A stretch of DNA of 63,010 bases, the filler included, from Asterionella formosa (taxonomy: Eukaryota): NCBI GenBank assembly GCA_002256025.1. It is 7 parts of 7 records of this genome, joined end to end, with 100 filler letters (N's around TTAATTAATTAA, not from the genome) between each part and the next. Parts side by side here need not be neighbours in the genome. Positions count along the whole stretch, not along the records: positions 1 to 8,940 come from NKIB01011424.1; positions 9,041 to 17,963 come from NKIB01011442.1; 5 more parts are not named here. The stretch is one strand, 5' to 3'. Within the stretch, counting starts at the first letter, position 1. Every line of letters begins with the position of its first letter. Below the pieces are notes generated by a model. That model was not told the origin of the DNA. It worked only from the letters and a program-made list of their open reading frames with translations, and did no database searches. A program made the position numbers and the translations under genes. Shown here one piece after another: positions 1 through 11,898 of the stretch.

Positions 1-1382
1 ATTCAACTTGATGGAAACTGTGAAGTGGTTGGAATGCAACAACTGCGAGATCATCACGTAGTCATATTTTGCAAAATTGGCACCACTACTAATGTTGGTT
101 TTGATGGAGGGTTCGACGAGGGGAATGATATCATGCCTTTCGAGGTTGAAGTTGAGTACCAGTTCTGTATCATCCTCATGCATGTTCCAACAAGACAAGA
201 GATTCATCGAATATTTGTGCAGGCAGGTGATTCGTCGTTGCATGGAATTTCATTTCATTTTGCAGCCGATGGCAACACTATTGGGGTGAGTGTGTCTTGG
301 AAGGGTGTTATTATTGCTGGGTCAGATGTCAGAGATCTTGGTAGAAGTGACGACTTTAATGATGTAAGCCTCCACAAGTTGTATAAACAAAAAGGAAAGA
401 AGCTTAAGCGGAAGAAAGGTAACACAAAGGTTGGGTTGGCTCATGGAAGAGCTAAGTCATACAATTAATTTTATTTTGATAGAATTGATTATTTGACAAC
501 CTTTACGAACCATTATTTGTATACGGCACTTATTGTAAGATCACAACATCTCCATAGAACAAAGGTACTGAGTGATATTTGAATGAAGTGATATTTTTAT
601 CTTTGTTTACTTGGATAACAGGTTGAGAAAGGACTAGCAGCAAGTGAAAAATCAAAGAAGGAGAAGGAGATTTATGTCCCTACCTAGTAAATAGGTTGAT
701 GATTGACAGCGATGCCACAATTTTGTGAACCAGCCAATAGTGTTCTTGCTGAATACCAACTACTCAATCTGTCATTTTCGTTGCAAGAATTGCAAGAAAG
801 CTTACCCCCTTACATTATTCTAATCATTCTGTTGTAGCATATTTTGTTAAAAAGAAATGGCCAATACTCTCCAATTTTATACGTGCACAACGCAGATGGC
901 CAGATTTCTCCTATCAATACCCTAATATAACCATCAAATAAAGTAGCAATGTTTAGCTGGGAGTATTGGTTGCTTCTTAAAATTAGGAAGTGAAGGATGA
1001 TGAGAGTTGGTGAATGTGAACGACTAAGCCAACAATTTGTCACAATGTTATTGCCATCACGACTTGCTCAATCTTGTACAATCTCTCTGTTCAACTATAG
1101 TTGCAACCAAACTTTAGGTCACTGCCTCTCAAGAAGCGCAAGCTCTGATATTTCTCCGGCTAACAGCCCTTCATATTTTAAAATTATTCCGAATCGAATG
1201 GTATATACACTTTATGTTCTAAGGGTTCAACTTCAACACTTCTTACCGTCTTGCATGGTCTTGCCTGGTGTGCAAGAAATCGTCTCGCATAGAAAATGTA
1301 CCAATTGCTTCTACAGAGGGCTTCTTTGAAAGACATGGATCAAGCCAGGTTGGTCGCTGAGCGTGTTGTCACTTTAGTTGAA

Positions 1383-1393
1383 CAGAGGGAGTA
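1383..1393 (-). mobile_element. Possible Stowaway/mariner-like terminus (right end, CAGAGGGAG followed by TA)
   Basis: Reverse complement is TA-CTCCCTCTG, resembling the Stowaway/plant-mariner terminus TA-CTCCCTCCG; the same 11-mer occurs at 6167-6177. Short match only. Confidence 0.3.
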
Positions 1394-3174
1394 GCACATT
1401 AAAGTTATCCTATGTAGTCACATGCAACATGTTGTGCTTCACACTAGATGCGACTAAAAGGGCAATTAATTTTGGTGGTAAAAAGAATTCTAACTTCTTT
1501 GCATTGCTTTCAGCTAAATTAATTTCGTATTGTCGCTGCAATCAAGGGAAAGGAAGTAAGGGGTCGATCTGTTATGTTATCATAAATTATTTTTATTCAG
1601 CTGAAATGATATGAGCACTCAAAATCTGGTGAGTAATTTTGTTCTTTAAAATAAATTAGCTGTAAGTAAATATATTTATGATGCAGGCCTCATGATTCCC
1701 CCTATCTAATTTTTGGGTAATTTTTATTTCACCCAAAACCTCTTTTCTCTATCAAAAGCTTAGATTTATTTAGATAACAGCAGGACGAGCAAGTGATAGC
1801 AATCTCTCCTGTCAAATGCTTACCTGTAACCACATGTACCTACCTACTTGCAGTGAATCTTCAATAGAAGTCAATGCACAACTGAATCTATTGATTGCTC
1901 ACAGCCCTTCATTTTGTACTTGTATACCGGAAAAGCTCCTCTGATTTGATATGAATTCTTCGAAGAAGAAGAATCGCAATTAAGACAGTAGTGATGAAGA
2001 GGATGTGGTGAGTGAATTCTCATATGTGTCTACATCTTCATCCAATGATCATGGCAATGCCACTGTCAGTATTGGTGATGCACAGAGAATGAGAGAATCC
2101 TTTCGCACGCATTTCAACGCTGTAGCTTTTGGTTTTTTCAAATGAAAACGCGGGATCAGGCAAAACTCCAGTCAATGCGGAAGCCGGAGCAACGACAGCA
2201 ACAAATAATGAAAAGGCATGCACAGGTACAACTCCAGTCGATGACCAATTACCTTGGAGAAATTAATTCAATTCTGAACCAACAATGTGGTTGGGCCAAA
2301 ATGATGTTTTTGCATATGAAACCGCTTTTGGGATTGATTTTGATCCCATCATTCCAGATACCAGAGACAGCATCTGCAGATGCACAACTATCCAAGAGCG
2401 CATGGATGTGGCAGCTAGCAGTAGATTTCGTGCTGCTGTGGAATCCATGTATGACTTGACCCTTAATCCCAGTAACCCATCAAAAAGATGGGTACAATTG
2501 TGGTCCGATTGCTTGCCTTTTCCTGGGTTCGATTTTTGAACCAGAAATTGTAAACATATCAGCTATTTCTCCACATAGCTATCGCCTCTTTTTTGTAACA
2601 ATGTTCAAGGAAATAGTTAATCAATTCAATACTGAATTGATCTTACCAAGTGACCTACATGATACTGTTTCAATGACACAGCAAGTGAATACGGAGCAAG
2701 TGGATTTTGATGGTGAACTGATGCTAAATGAAATGGTAGCAAGAAAATTACGTCGTGGGAATGAGAACAGATGTGCAAGACATGCTATGGAAAGAGCAGT
2801 TAAAGAAACTCCCATGAAATCAAAGAAAAATGCAAGACAAAAACATGCTTAATATGTTAGAGCACAATGACAGAAGGATCAAAGGAAACACATGAAAGGC
2901 AGACATTTGCAGTCAAGGCAAAAGGCAACTGCAGATTTTGCTAGTAAATTCAGCTGATTTGGATTTCATCAGATATGACGTAACAGATCGAAAACGATTT
3001 CTTTCATTTGTCAGCCAATCTTGAACACATTTTAGACTTGAGCTAATAAATATACGGCGAGCTTAAGTCTGAAATGTGGCCGACATTGGCTGAAAGAAGA
3101 AGAAGTTGAAAATTGCGAAGCGAAATTATTTGTTTTAGTGGCGCAACAGCAATGAACAACATCAACACCATAAA

Positions 3175-3433
3175 GAACAAGAGGGATGTTTCAGTACACA
3201 CAAGTGACAACAAGCAACAAGCACATAAGCACTGAAGTGCAACAACAATCATGATATCTGAAGATCTCACTGCTAAGAACCAACACAAAGCATTATGAGT
3301 GCCGCAACAGCAATGACATCTACGAAATCAGGAACAAGACTGTTTTCACAAGGCACAAACGCCCACAACCAACAAGCACAATGGTACCGCAAGATCTCAC
3401 TGCTCTGCCAAGAACCAACACAAGGCATAATGA
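3175..3433. repeat. Degenerate tandem duplication (~130-150 bp unit)
   Basis: AAGATCTCACTGCT..AAGAACCAACACAA.GCA.ATGA at 3261-3298 and again at 3391-3433; upstream CAACAGCAATGA and CAACAAGCACA are also duplicated. Confidence 0.7.
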
Positions 3434-5157
3434 TTTCATCAAGAAATATATTGTCAGCATAACGCCACTCATTTACATTGTAGCTTCAATGGCGATTTGA
3501 TTGTTTGATTGAATTTTCGACTAGAAATAGTACAGCTTTGTTGAGCTCATCTATGTAGTTATGACTCACAGTCAATTGAGTGAAATGATTTGAATGAGTT
3601 GACTTTGATGTACCAAGCTCTCATCAGAGCATCTTCACCGCAATGCCAATTGCAGTTGAAAATATCAATACACGTCACTTGATCAAGAATTTTTTATCAA
3701 AAGTCGAATTTTTCATGTTTTTTCCCACCGCATCGACCAAATCCTAGAATAGTCAAATCTTGCGCCAAAAATTTTAGCGAATATAAATAGCACTAGATTG
3801 TTGTTACATGTGTATCGTTATATTGGTAAACCCGATTACTACCAATAAGAGAATGAAGGGACTGTGTGGTGTGTGGTACCAGGGTACTCATACATAGTAT
3901 CTGCCTGATGAAATGAGCAACAATAGCGACTCATCAGATGACAACCGCTCCTACACTTCCGTACATACCGGTTATACAAACACAGGAAGATAACGAGAAA
4001 CGGCAACCGAAGGAGGAGGCGAAGGATCAAAGGAAGTCACTTGGCTGCCGGTAGTCTGTAACTGTAGTTTTTTGAGTATTATTAGCATCACATTTCCTGT
4101 AAATTACTCATTCTTACGCAGCTAGCACTACGCCTATCTAAACTGCCGGTATTCTAGAATAGAAAAAACCTTCCGTTTTTCCAATTCGCTAGAGTGATAG
4201 CTTTCTAATCAACCATACTAGCATTGACATGTAATCTATATTATTTTTCCTTCATTTGGAATCATCTACTACATCAAAATCATCAGTGGTGGATGACAGG
4301 TGGGACAGTGAATTACTGGAAGCACTTGAATTATTGCGATGCAATTGGATCACACCTAATCCCTCCTTCACTTTGTTCCATTAAACGACATCGCCTTTAT
4401 TGGCGTGAAGCCCTTCGTTAAATGGCGCAACTCTCTTGGATACTTTAATAAAAAATTCAGCTGATTAATTGACCATCGACACTGTAAAATGTTACACAAT
4501 ATACCCATGGCATAACTTCACGTAATGCTGAGCAAACTTGAGCATATGTTGTTCTGCAGGCAAGGGAAGGAGTTGTCGATCATACTAGCCAGGGACATGC
4601 AGCAGTCTACCAATGATGACACATCACGGTACACGAGGAACAAAGCTGACTTGACAAAACTCGCACATTGCTATCGATTCTCGCTCTTGACAGCGCCAAA
4701 ATAATCCAACTTTGGTCTTGTCTGAAACCAACAATGGATCATCCTCGTTGGCTGCTGCTCCTGCTGCTCCTACTCAGGTAGCATTCTGCTTTGACGCCAA
4801 TGGATGACGATATCTAATTGGGACAGTCAAAGACTTGAAGGACAACATTTAGCAAGTTATCACATTTCATGCATGAGAATGGCTTATAGATAGCTGCCAG
4901 TATTATACAAAGGTATTTGTAATTAAGTTTATTATTTGTCTACATCAAGAGAGAAAGTTAAATGTGTATTGTAAGCCTTTGTGGATCAATTAAACAGTCA
5001 ACGTTATGTTGATGGCGCGAGCCACAATTTAGACCAATAGAAATGATTCCTTTGTTTGGCTACGGTCGGAGTCTAATCGACCAAATATCTGATATTTGGT
5101 CGATAAGGGGGTAATCCTCAATCAAGACACAAGTATATTTGGTGTTGGTCGATGCAG

Positions 5158-5270
5158 TGGCTAAAATATTTTTGCTTTTTCGACCAAGACAACACATTAT
5201 GACGAGTAATGACTCCCAACTGCAATTGGCTTGGTATTTGGTCGATGCAGTGAAGATGATCTCAACCACA
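5158..5270. repeat. Dispersed repeat, copy 1 (copy 2 at ~8428-8520)
   Basis: Shared TGGCTAAA.TATTTTTGCTTTTT.GACCAA...GTAATGACTCCCAACT.CAATTGG in direct orientation. Confidence 0.7.
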
Positions 5271-6166
5271 TGTTCAACGTTGTTACTCCGGCTATAATGA
5301 GCCGGATGATATAAGCTGTTTCGGAAGACCGATAGTTTGAAATGAATGATCAATGGTTATAAACCTATGATCAGTAAGTGTGAGATAGACATGGGTCTAT
5401 CTATGATTGTATGTTTCTAGAAATGCAAACAGCATTTGGAGAATAGTTTGTTTGTATATTCAAACCGATCAACCTAAACTAGTTTAGTAACTCACACTAA
5501 GAATAAAGAAACGAAAGAGAAATAAATTTCTCTATCTATAGCCTTCTTTGTCTAACGATATAGATCTATCTTAAAAGGTAATAATTTATAACACAGCTGT
5601 AGTAGCAAATATGACATACAGTCACACTATGATTCATGAAAAATACACGACAAAGCTAGTAAATTCTGTTTCCACTATACTGTTCCTACTTTTGTATAGA
5701 AAACAACTCACCTGTTTACTGTAGCAGTCGTACATAGTCTCCAATGAATCCAAATAGACAGGCCGTATGCCTTTAAAGGTTGTTTTTAGATCCGTAGTGG
5801 TCTTAAAAGTTACCGCCATGGTCGTTAGAAAGTCACTAGCTTTGTCATGATAATTGATTTTCGGGGAATCAATCAATTTTGACCAGTGATAACCATGTAC
5901 GTGTCCTAAAAAGTACTACATATAGGGTTATATTGACAAGCCTCATCAAAAAACTCGGGGAAACTAGCAAAACAAGTTTTAGCTTTGACAACGGTTTTTG
6001 GAATTTTTTGACTATGGGAATTGTTGCGTGTGGTAGAGAGCACTCGCTTCTTTGTTGATTTCATTAAGTACCATGACTTTCTTCTAGATTTTCCGAGAAG
6101 TCAGTTGACAAAGGAAACCTGCATTCATTTTGTCAGCCATATACACCAGTTAGAACCATAGCTAGG

Positions 6167-6200
6167 TACTCCCTCTGCCCGGAAACACTTGCATCGATTT
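6167..6200 (+). mobile_element. Possible Stowaway/mariner-like terminus (left end, TA-CTCCCTCTGCCCGGAAACACTTG)
   Basis: Resembles Stowaway-type TIR after a TA; it faces away from the 1383-1393 end, so the two cannot bound one element. Confidence 0.3.
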
Positions 6201-8427
6201 TTCACGTTTATCCGGGGCCATTTTGACTCCTGCGATTTTCTCTGGCTCCACTGCCCTATTGTGTGACTTGCTATAAGCTACGGATCCATGTGTATATTAT
6301 GTATAGAAAGATTAAAACTGGCAACTACATTTCTCTTTTTCCCTCGTAGGTTGATTTACCGGCAAAAGTAATGAGTTTTTTGGTTTGTCAACCATCAGTC
6401 GCTCTGTTTGCAATAGTAAAACAGCAATTACAAAAGCAATAATTGTTTGAAAGCATCTTCGATTGTGCTTGAAGTCATCATAATGCGGTTGATTAATCAT
6501 TATATACAATGCATAGTAAGTTTGTAAGCGTTCCGTGATGATCAGTTACCCAACAATCGAGGCAACATGCCATTGAACAGCGTTCCAACCAATTCATACT
6601 AAACATCATTTATTATTGAACATTATACTACTTGTTATCTAGAATTAGAACGTATTGCAGCTAGATTTCGAACTCAGAGTACAATGAGATAAGAAAAAGC
6701 AAGAGGCTGTCTATTTAGTGATAGTGAGATTCTGATTACATAATTAAGTCTCATCATAGCGGGTTTTCGCTGCGCACTATTTGGTGGAGCTGTTTATGCT
6801 GCTGCTATTGTATTGGAAATTTCCGAGCCTGATTTTAAACGCAACTTGAATCAATTGAGTTGTTTCAATGTTCTATTTTATGTTTGGGTACTAATTGTTT
6901 CCATTTATTTGGTCACGAGTGCGATTATTGAATAGCTTTAACGTACTCTAAGATTTAATTGTTTTTTTTGCACCTGCTTGTTGAATTAGTTTCGACGTTT
7001 TGTCTATGGAGGGACTGGCTTTCGCCACGGTGGCTTACTTAACTGTGTGACAACTGGAAATATACTAGTATGCGTCATAAATTGTCATTAAATTCATAGA
7101 TATTAAGGTGTCAATATCATATTACCAACACCTGCTTATAAATGTATGTGATCATATGTTTATATTCAAACAAATTGTAAATATACAAATGCTTTATTTC
7201 TTTAACTTAAGTTTTATAATGGAAAATATGATCATAACAGTACGATCATATTATTTAATGATTATGACGAACAATTTAAAATGCGTTATATTTATAATGA
7301 AATTTTTTATCCCAAATGTATCATTCATAATGATCGTGCATTGATGATGAAAGAATCATCATTATGTCATCTAGGTTTCCTCAGAGGTTGTCGTTTTATT
7401 TCATAGCATTTATTTAAAACAATATGACAAATGTTTGTATAAGTACCTTTAGCCATCATGTACAAGGCAACTCACTGCATACATGAGTTGATCATGAAAT
7501 AAAATTGTTTGATTGTATATCAACCCTAAACATATGGCTGTATGCATGGTAAATACCGGCAAGTATGAATGTATAAACCAGTCATATAATATCTGCTGCC
7601 ACTCCCATCTAAATGAGACTTTAATTTGATGCATATGTGCACTCAAGAAGAAAAGGAATTGCAGCACTTCGAACATTTTGTTACTCCACTGAACCACAAC
7701 AACAGTCACCCATTTCCCCGCTGAGATTTCGTTAACTCAGATCTCCAATGATATAGGACCAAATGAATTTTAATGACGATAGTTCCGAAAACGATGAGTA
7801 TGCATCTGTGTTAACACTTCAAGATGTTTTGAGATCTAGGAAGGAAACGAATAAAATGAAACTACTTATCTATTTGGTAGAAAAATATTTTTGCTGTATT
7901 CATACAGATCAGGTGAATTCAAACTGGTTTATAATTCTCCCGAGAAAATAAAAAAATATGCAAATTCTGAAACTGCCGAAATGCAAGGAAAAGAAAAACC
8001 TTTAAATGTAAAACCAAAACAGTTAAACAGCCAGTTGTTTCCAACTCAGATGCAACCGACTTCAGATAAGAACCTTTCGCCTCATCACGAAGATTCCAGT
8101 CAATATTTGATGAAATGGATTGCATGACAGGTCATTTGACCATACATCTTTACCATTCAAAGTTTCATGTGTATGAACATTCCGAAAAATCCAAAAATTG
8201 TACCAGCCAAATCAAATTACAGAAGACAAGTATTCAAAATGATCATGTCATAACCATTGTCTGAGCTGGCAAGCATATCTATTAAAGTGTTTTGGATCAT
8301 CAGGCATGAATATCTGCCATGTCCAAATCTTTATTTAGGCAAATTTACCACAACTTGCTGATATTTTGTTGACAAGTGGGTCATTCTCAACCAAGACCAA
8401 AGCTAATTTGATCTTGGCAAAAATTGT

Positions 8428-8520
8428 TGGCTAAACTATTTTTGCTTTTTTGACCAACATGATGCATCGTGACATGTAATGACTCCCAACTTCAATTGGT
8501 CTTGGTCAATGTGGTGGAGA
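8428..8520. repeat. Dispersed repeat, copy 2 (copy 1 at ~5158-5270)
   Basis: Direct visual alignment with 5158-5270. Confidence 0.7.
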
Positions 8521-8940
8521 TACTCCAATGCAGCAACCTTTAATAACTAGGGGTTATTATTATATCCAAACCACGCGTCAGACTTCATTTTGTGTGGCAA
8601 GTCTGGACGTGTTAAAATAACCAACCCTCACCTCTCTTTTATATCATGTACATTTATGATGTATTATTATCAGTATGTTATGTACATATGTGGAGTATAT
8701 AGCTATAGGTACCCTGGTACAAGGGTAAGAGGTACCTGGTACCGGTATATTTTGTTGTTGGACGGAAAATAATACCCGTAGTGACAGCTAGTGCACTAGC
8801 AATCAAGTAGCAACGTTTACACATGCAGTGATCATGAATGTTTGTAATTTCGCTGTTATCATCATCTTGTTACAACCAAAACCAAACTCTCGTTCTTCTT
8901 TGCCTGTCTCATCCCTTCTTCATTTGAATTGAATTCGTTA

Positions 8941-9040
8941 NNNNNNNNNNNNNNNNNNNNNNNNNNNNNNNNNNNNNNNNNNNNTTAATTAATTAANNNN
9001 NNNNNNNNNNNNNNNNNNNNNNNNNNNNNNNNNNNNNNNN
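8941..9040. other. Artificial scaffold spacer N44-TTAATTAATTAA-N44
   Basis: Exactly 100 nt with a six-frame-stop linker; identical spacers recur about every 9 kb. Confidence 0.98.
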
Positions 9041-9127
9041 GTACCGATATATCCACTTTCATAAATTTAATTTCTGTGAACGCTTCCTTTCCTCCGTCAT
9101 AACATAACCAAAACGTATAGGTTCAGC

Positions 9128-9544
9128 ATGATGAATTCTACATTCTACAAGCGGACCTTGAAGGCGTTGTTTCTGTTCTTACTGGTTCTGCTACTTCCAT
9201 GTCATGGTCAGAGCATTATTAGTCAACAAAATGGAGAAGCACATGTCGATCAACATCAAGAACATTCTCTGCAAACCCTTGAATCTGTCACAAGAACAAC
9301 GACGACAACAAGACCTGAACCAGCAATTCGTCACCTACGATCCATCACTGCATCCAACCAGCAACGACAACTACCAGGAAACGAATTTGATATGAAGACT
9401 TGGAGTCCTGCTGAAATAGGAACGGTATCGGGCATTGCATTCCTACTAGTGATTCTATTTGTGTTGTATTGCTGCTGTGGATGTTCACTTTGTAATATAT
9501 TGGCAATATTGTGTTGTTGGGAAATTTGCTGTGATCCAAACTGA
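9128..9544 (+). CDS. Small protein with signal peptide, one TM helix and Cys-rich C-terminal tail
   Basis: 138 aa ORF; hydrophobic N-terminus (ALFLFLLVLLLPCHG), TM segment (IGTVSGIAFLLVILFVLY), then CCCGCSLCNILAILCCWEICC. Confidence 0.7.
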   Translation: MMNSTFYKRTLKALFLFLLVLLLPCHGQSIISQQNGEAHVDQHQEHSLQTLESVTRTTTTTRPEPAIRHLRSITASNQQRQLPGNEFDMKTWSPAEIGTVSGIAFLLVILFVLYCCCGCSLCNILAILCCWEICCDPN

Positions 9545-9761
9545 TAGTAGAAGAGTGGAGAAAAGATGAGAGTCGTTAATGTGTAGACAAACGTAATGAG
9601 ATTTATTTAAAAAATTTAGATGATTTCATGACTACTGGTATTTTTGAACCTTGTTGGGTTCAAAACATACAAACCCAAACACAATGATATACAAAGCAGA
9701 TGGCTAGGAACCGCCACATGGAAGATGAATGGCACAGAAACATAATTGCATTTCAATATAA

Positions 9762-11165
9762 TCAGGGTGCTGGTCGTTGTAGTTCTTGTAGTTGTTTCTG
9801 TAAGAATGCATGGTGAACGCTCCAACCTAGGGTTGTCATCCGATTTGCCAACTCCGCCGCCGAGGCCAATTCGTACGTTACATATCTCAATCCAACTGTA
9901 TGACCTGTTTGTTTGGCAACGGCCATGGCTCGTTTTAAGGATTCTCGGCGAGAAGTGTTAGGTCCATTGATGTCCAATTCAGTGGGTTGGATGACCATTT
10001 TACGAAAGAAATTTTTCATTCGTTTGTCCACGACTGGCATGGTTGGATCTTGTCCCAACAAAATTTGTTTGGTACGTTGATTCAATGATTCTACATCTTT
10101 GGGAGACAATGATTTTTTGGTTGGTTTCATCATGGCTTCTGTGGCATTCACCACGGCGTCACTGACGCATTGCTCCCAATCCTCTGTGTTGCCAGAAAAG
10201 CGACGACTCAAGGTCAAATTCAAATCATAACGACGCCGTGATATGTCACTGTAGGGGTCATCGTCTTCCTCCTCCACATTAATGACACCAGCCATTTGAC
10301 GACACAAGAGCTCCAAGGCATATAGTGCCGTGTTTTCTTTCGTCGTTTCTCGCATAAAATCAATATTGGTGATATCCAATCTCCATATTTCTGGAAGTTC
10401 TAAAAATGAGTCTTCTTGAGAACGAAACAAAATGGTATCAATAAATGCCATCTTGAACCAATGGATCGGCGTTTCATCGACCTGTGGAGGCGGTATGGAT
10501 TGAATCCAGCGTTTCGTCAACTGCAAGTCCAACTTTTGCATCGCATACCAGTGCTGCTCCATTTCGACAGTGTATTGTTTGGCATGAACATGCTGAAGAT
10601 AGAAATTTGCGCCGTCTTGCTTGCATATTTCCGTCTTGTATAGTAGATACAGGAGGGAGTTGGTAGTATGCAACATGATGGTGGTAATATTGTGACTCCG
10701 AGTGTCCGCTTGTTGCTGAATCCAGCTCATGGTGCTTGCGGCTCGATCCGGCGATTCCAGTTGTTGCAGAGCCATGGCTGCCTTTTGCACCAAGGACGGA
10801 AGACGGCTGTCGGTCTTGTCCTCCTCCTCCTGTGTTACTTGCTGTACGTCTTGGTCCGATAGGAGAGGATGCAGATCCGGACGATTGGGTATCAGTTGTC
10901 GAATGTGTTCGTGCAGGTCCAACAGCAAGGACTTGACGGCAGCTAGTTGACCCACGACAGAGTCGCGAAAGGCTCGTTTTATAATCCACTCGAGGGCTGT
11001 TTTGTGGTCCAGCTGGTCGACAAAATCAGAAAAGGAAAGGGTACTCTCACGAGGAAAACCTGTCACAGTGAGGGTGTCAAACTCACTTGGGGCCGTCAAA
11101 AGAACGCGATGAAGCAGCGCAATGTCCGGCGGATGCTGCTGTGATGGTTGGACCAAGTTCACCAT
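9762..11165 (-). CDS. T-complex protein 11 (TCP11/SOK1)-like protein
   Basis: 467 aa uninterrupted ORF; segments LLLDLHEHIRQLIPNRPDL and LELPEIWRLDITNI resemble TCP11-family motifs (LPETLxLD type). Confidence 0.6.
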   Translation of the reverse strand: MVNLVQPSQQHPPDIALLHRVLLTAPSEFDTLTVTGFPRESTLSFSDFVDQLDHKTALEWIIKRAFRDSVVGQLAAVKSLLLDLHEHIRQLIPNRPDLHPLLSDQDVQQVTQEEEDKTDSRLPSLVQKAAMALQQLESPDRAASTMSWIQQQADTRSHNITTIMLHTTNSLLYLLYKTEICKQDGANFYLQHVHAKQYTVEMEQHWYAMQKLDLQLTKRWIQSIPPPQVDETPIHWFKMAFIDTILFRSQEDSFLELPEIWRLDITNIDFMRETTKENTALYALELLCRQMAGVINVEEEDDDPYSDISRRRYDLNLTLSRRFSGNTEDWEQCVSDAVVNATEAMMKPTKKSLSPKDVESLNQRTKQILLGQDPTMPVVDKRMKNFFRKMVIQPTELDINGPNTSRRESLKRAMAVAKQTGHTVGLRYVTYELASAAELANRMTTLGWSVHHAFLQKQLQELQRPAP

Positions 11166-11479
11166 TATCTTTCTCTCTTGTTAGTATGAATTGGGCGGCG
11201 CTAATAGTATTCGTCTCCTGGGGAATGTTGTAAATGTTGCTTGTCGTTTTATCACATTTAACTTCGCTCCTGGGGTTGAATGGCGCATTTACTTTTACGT
11301 ACCGGCAAAATTCATCATCAGCTATACCCCAGCTTGTAGCTGCGACATCATAGTTTTCATAGCGAATTGATCATCACGTTTTGTACGACTGATTTTGATT
11401 CGTCCGCTTTCGCTCGTCCCTTCTTTATAATTTACCGGTAATAGTTGAGCGATTGGACGCAGCTTGCAAAATTGTACCT

Positions 11480-11572
11480 CCAATATTGCGGTCATTTTGC
11501 TTAAACTAATATTTTAATCTTGGATAAAGATAGCTAAATCTTTAGTTTCAGCAATATTAACGCAACTTGCTG
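11480..11572. mobile_element. ~93-bp MITE-like element, copy 1
   Basis: Aligns with 56242-56335 (TTGCGGTCA.TTTGCTTAA.CTAA.ATTT.AATC...GATAA.GATAGCTAAATC..TAG..TCAGCAA.ATT...GCAACTTG.TG); right end CGCAACTTGCTG is the exact inverse of the left end of the other copy. Confidence 0.7.
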
Positions 11573-11898
11573 GTACCAGGGTACAGCATTGCACAGTGCA
11601 CAACTATAAATATTCATCACATGTCTATAAATAGCTTTTCCTGATGCATACATAGAACTTCACAATCATACTTGTATATGCACAGTATGTATTTATGTAA
11701 TAAGTGTTCTTTTGATGTTGCAACTTATTCTTGCATCTAAATAAACACGTCAGATACCGTAATCATACGATAAGCATCGGACCTTGAAAAAATGCGCGTA
11801 CACAGCACCGTGCAGGGTATACTAACTTTAGGTATCGGATGTTACAATCATGATGTGTTCATGAATTGACAAATAAACAAATTACTCTAGCTGCAGTT

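Noticed and set aside
3905..3937. CTGATGA as a second hammerhead core
   Set aside because: No stem II followed by GAAA and no stem III; it only pairs with a nearby TCATCAG.
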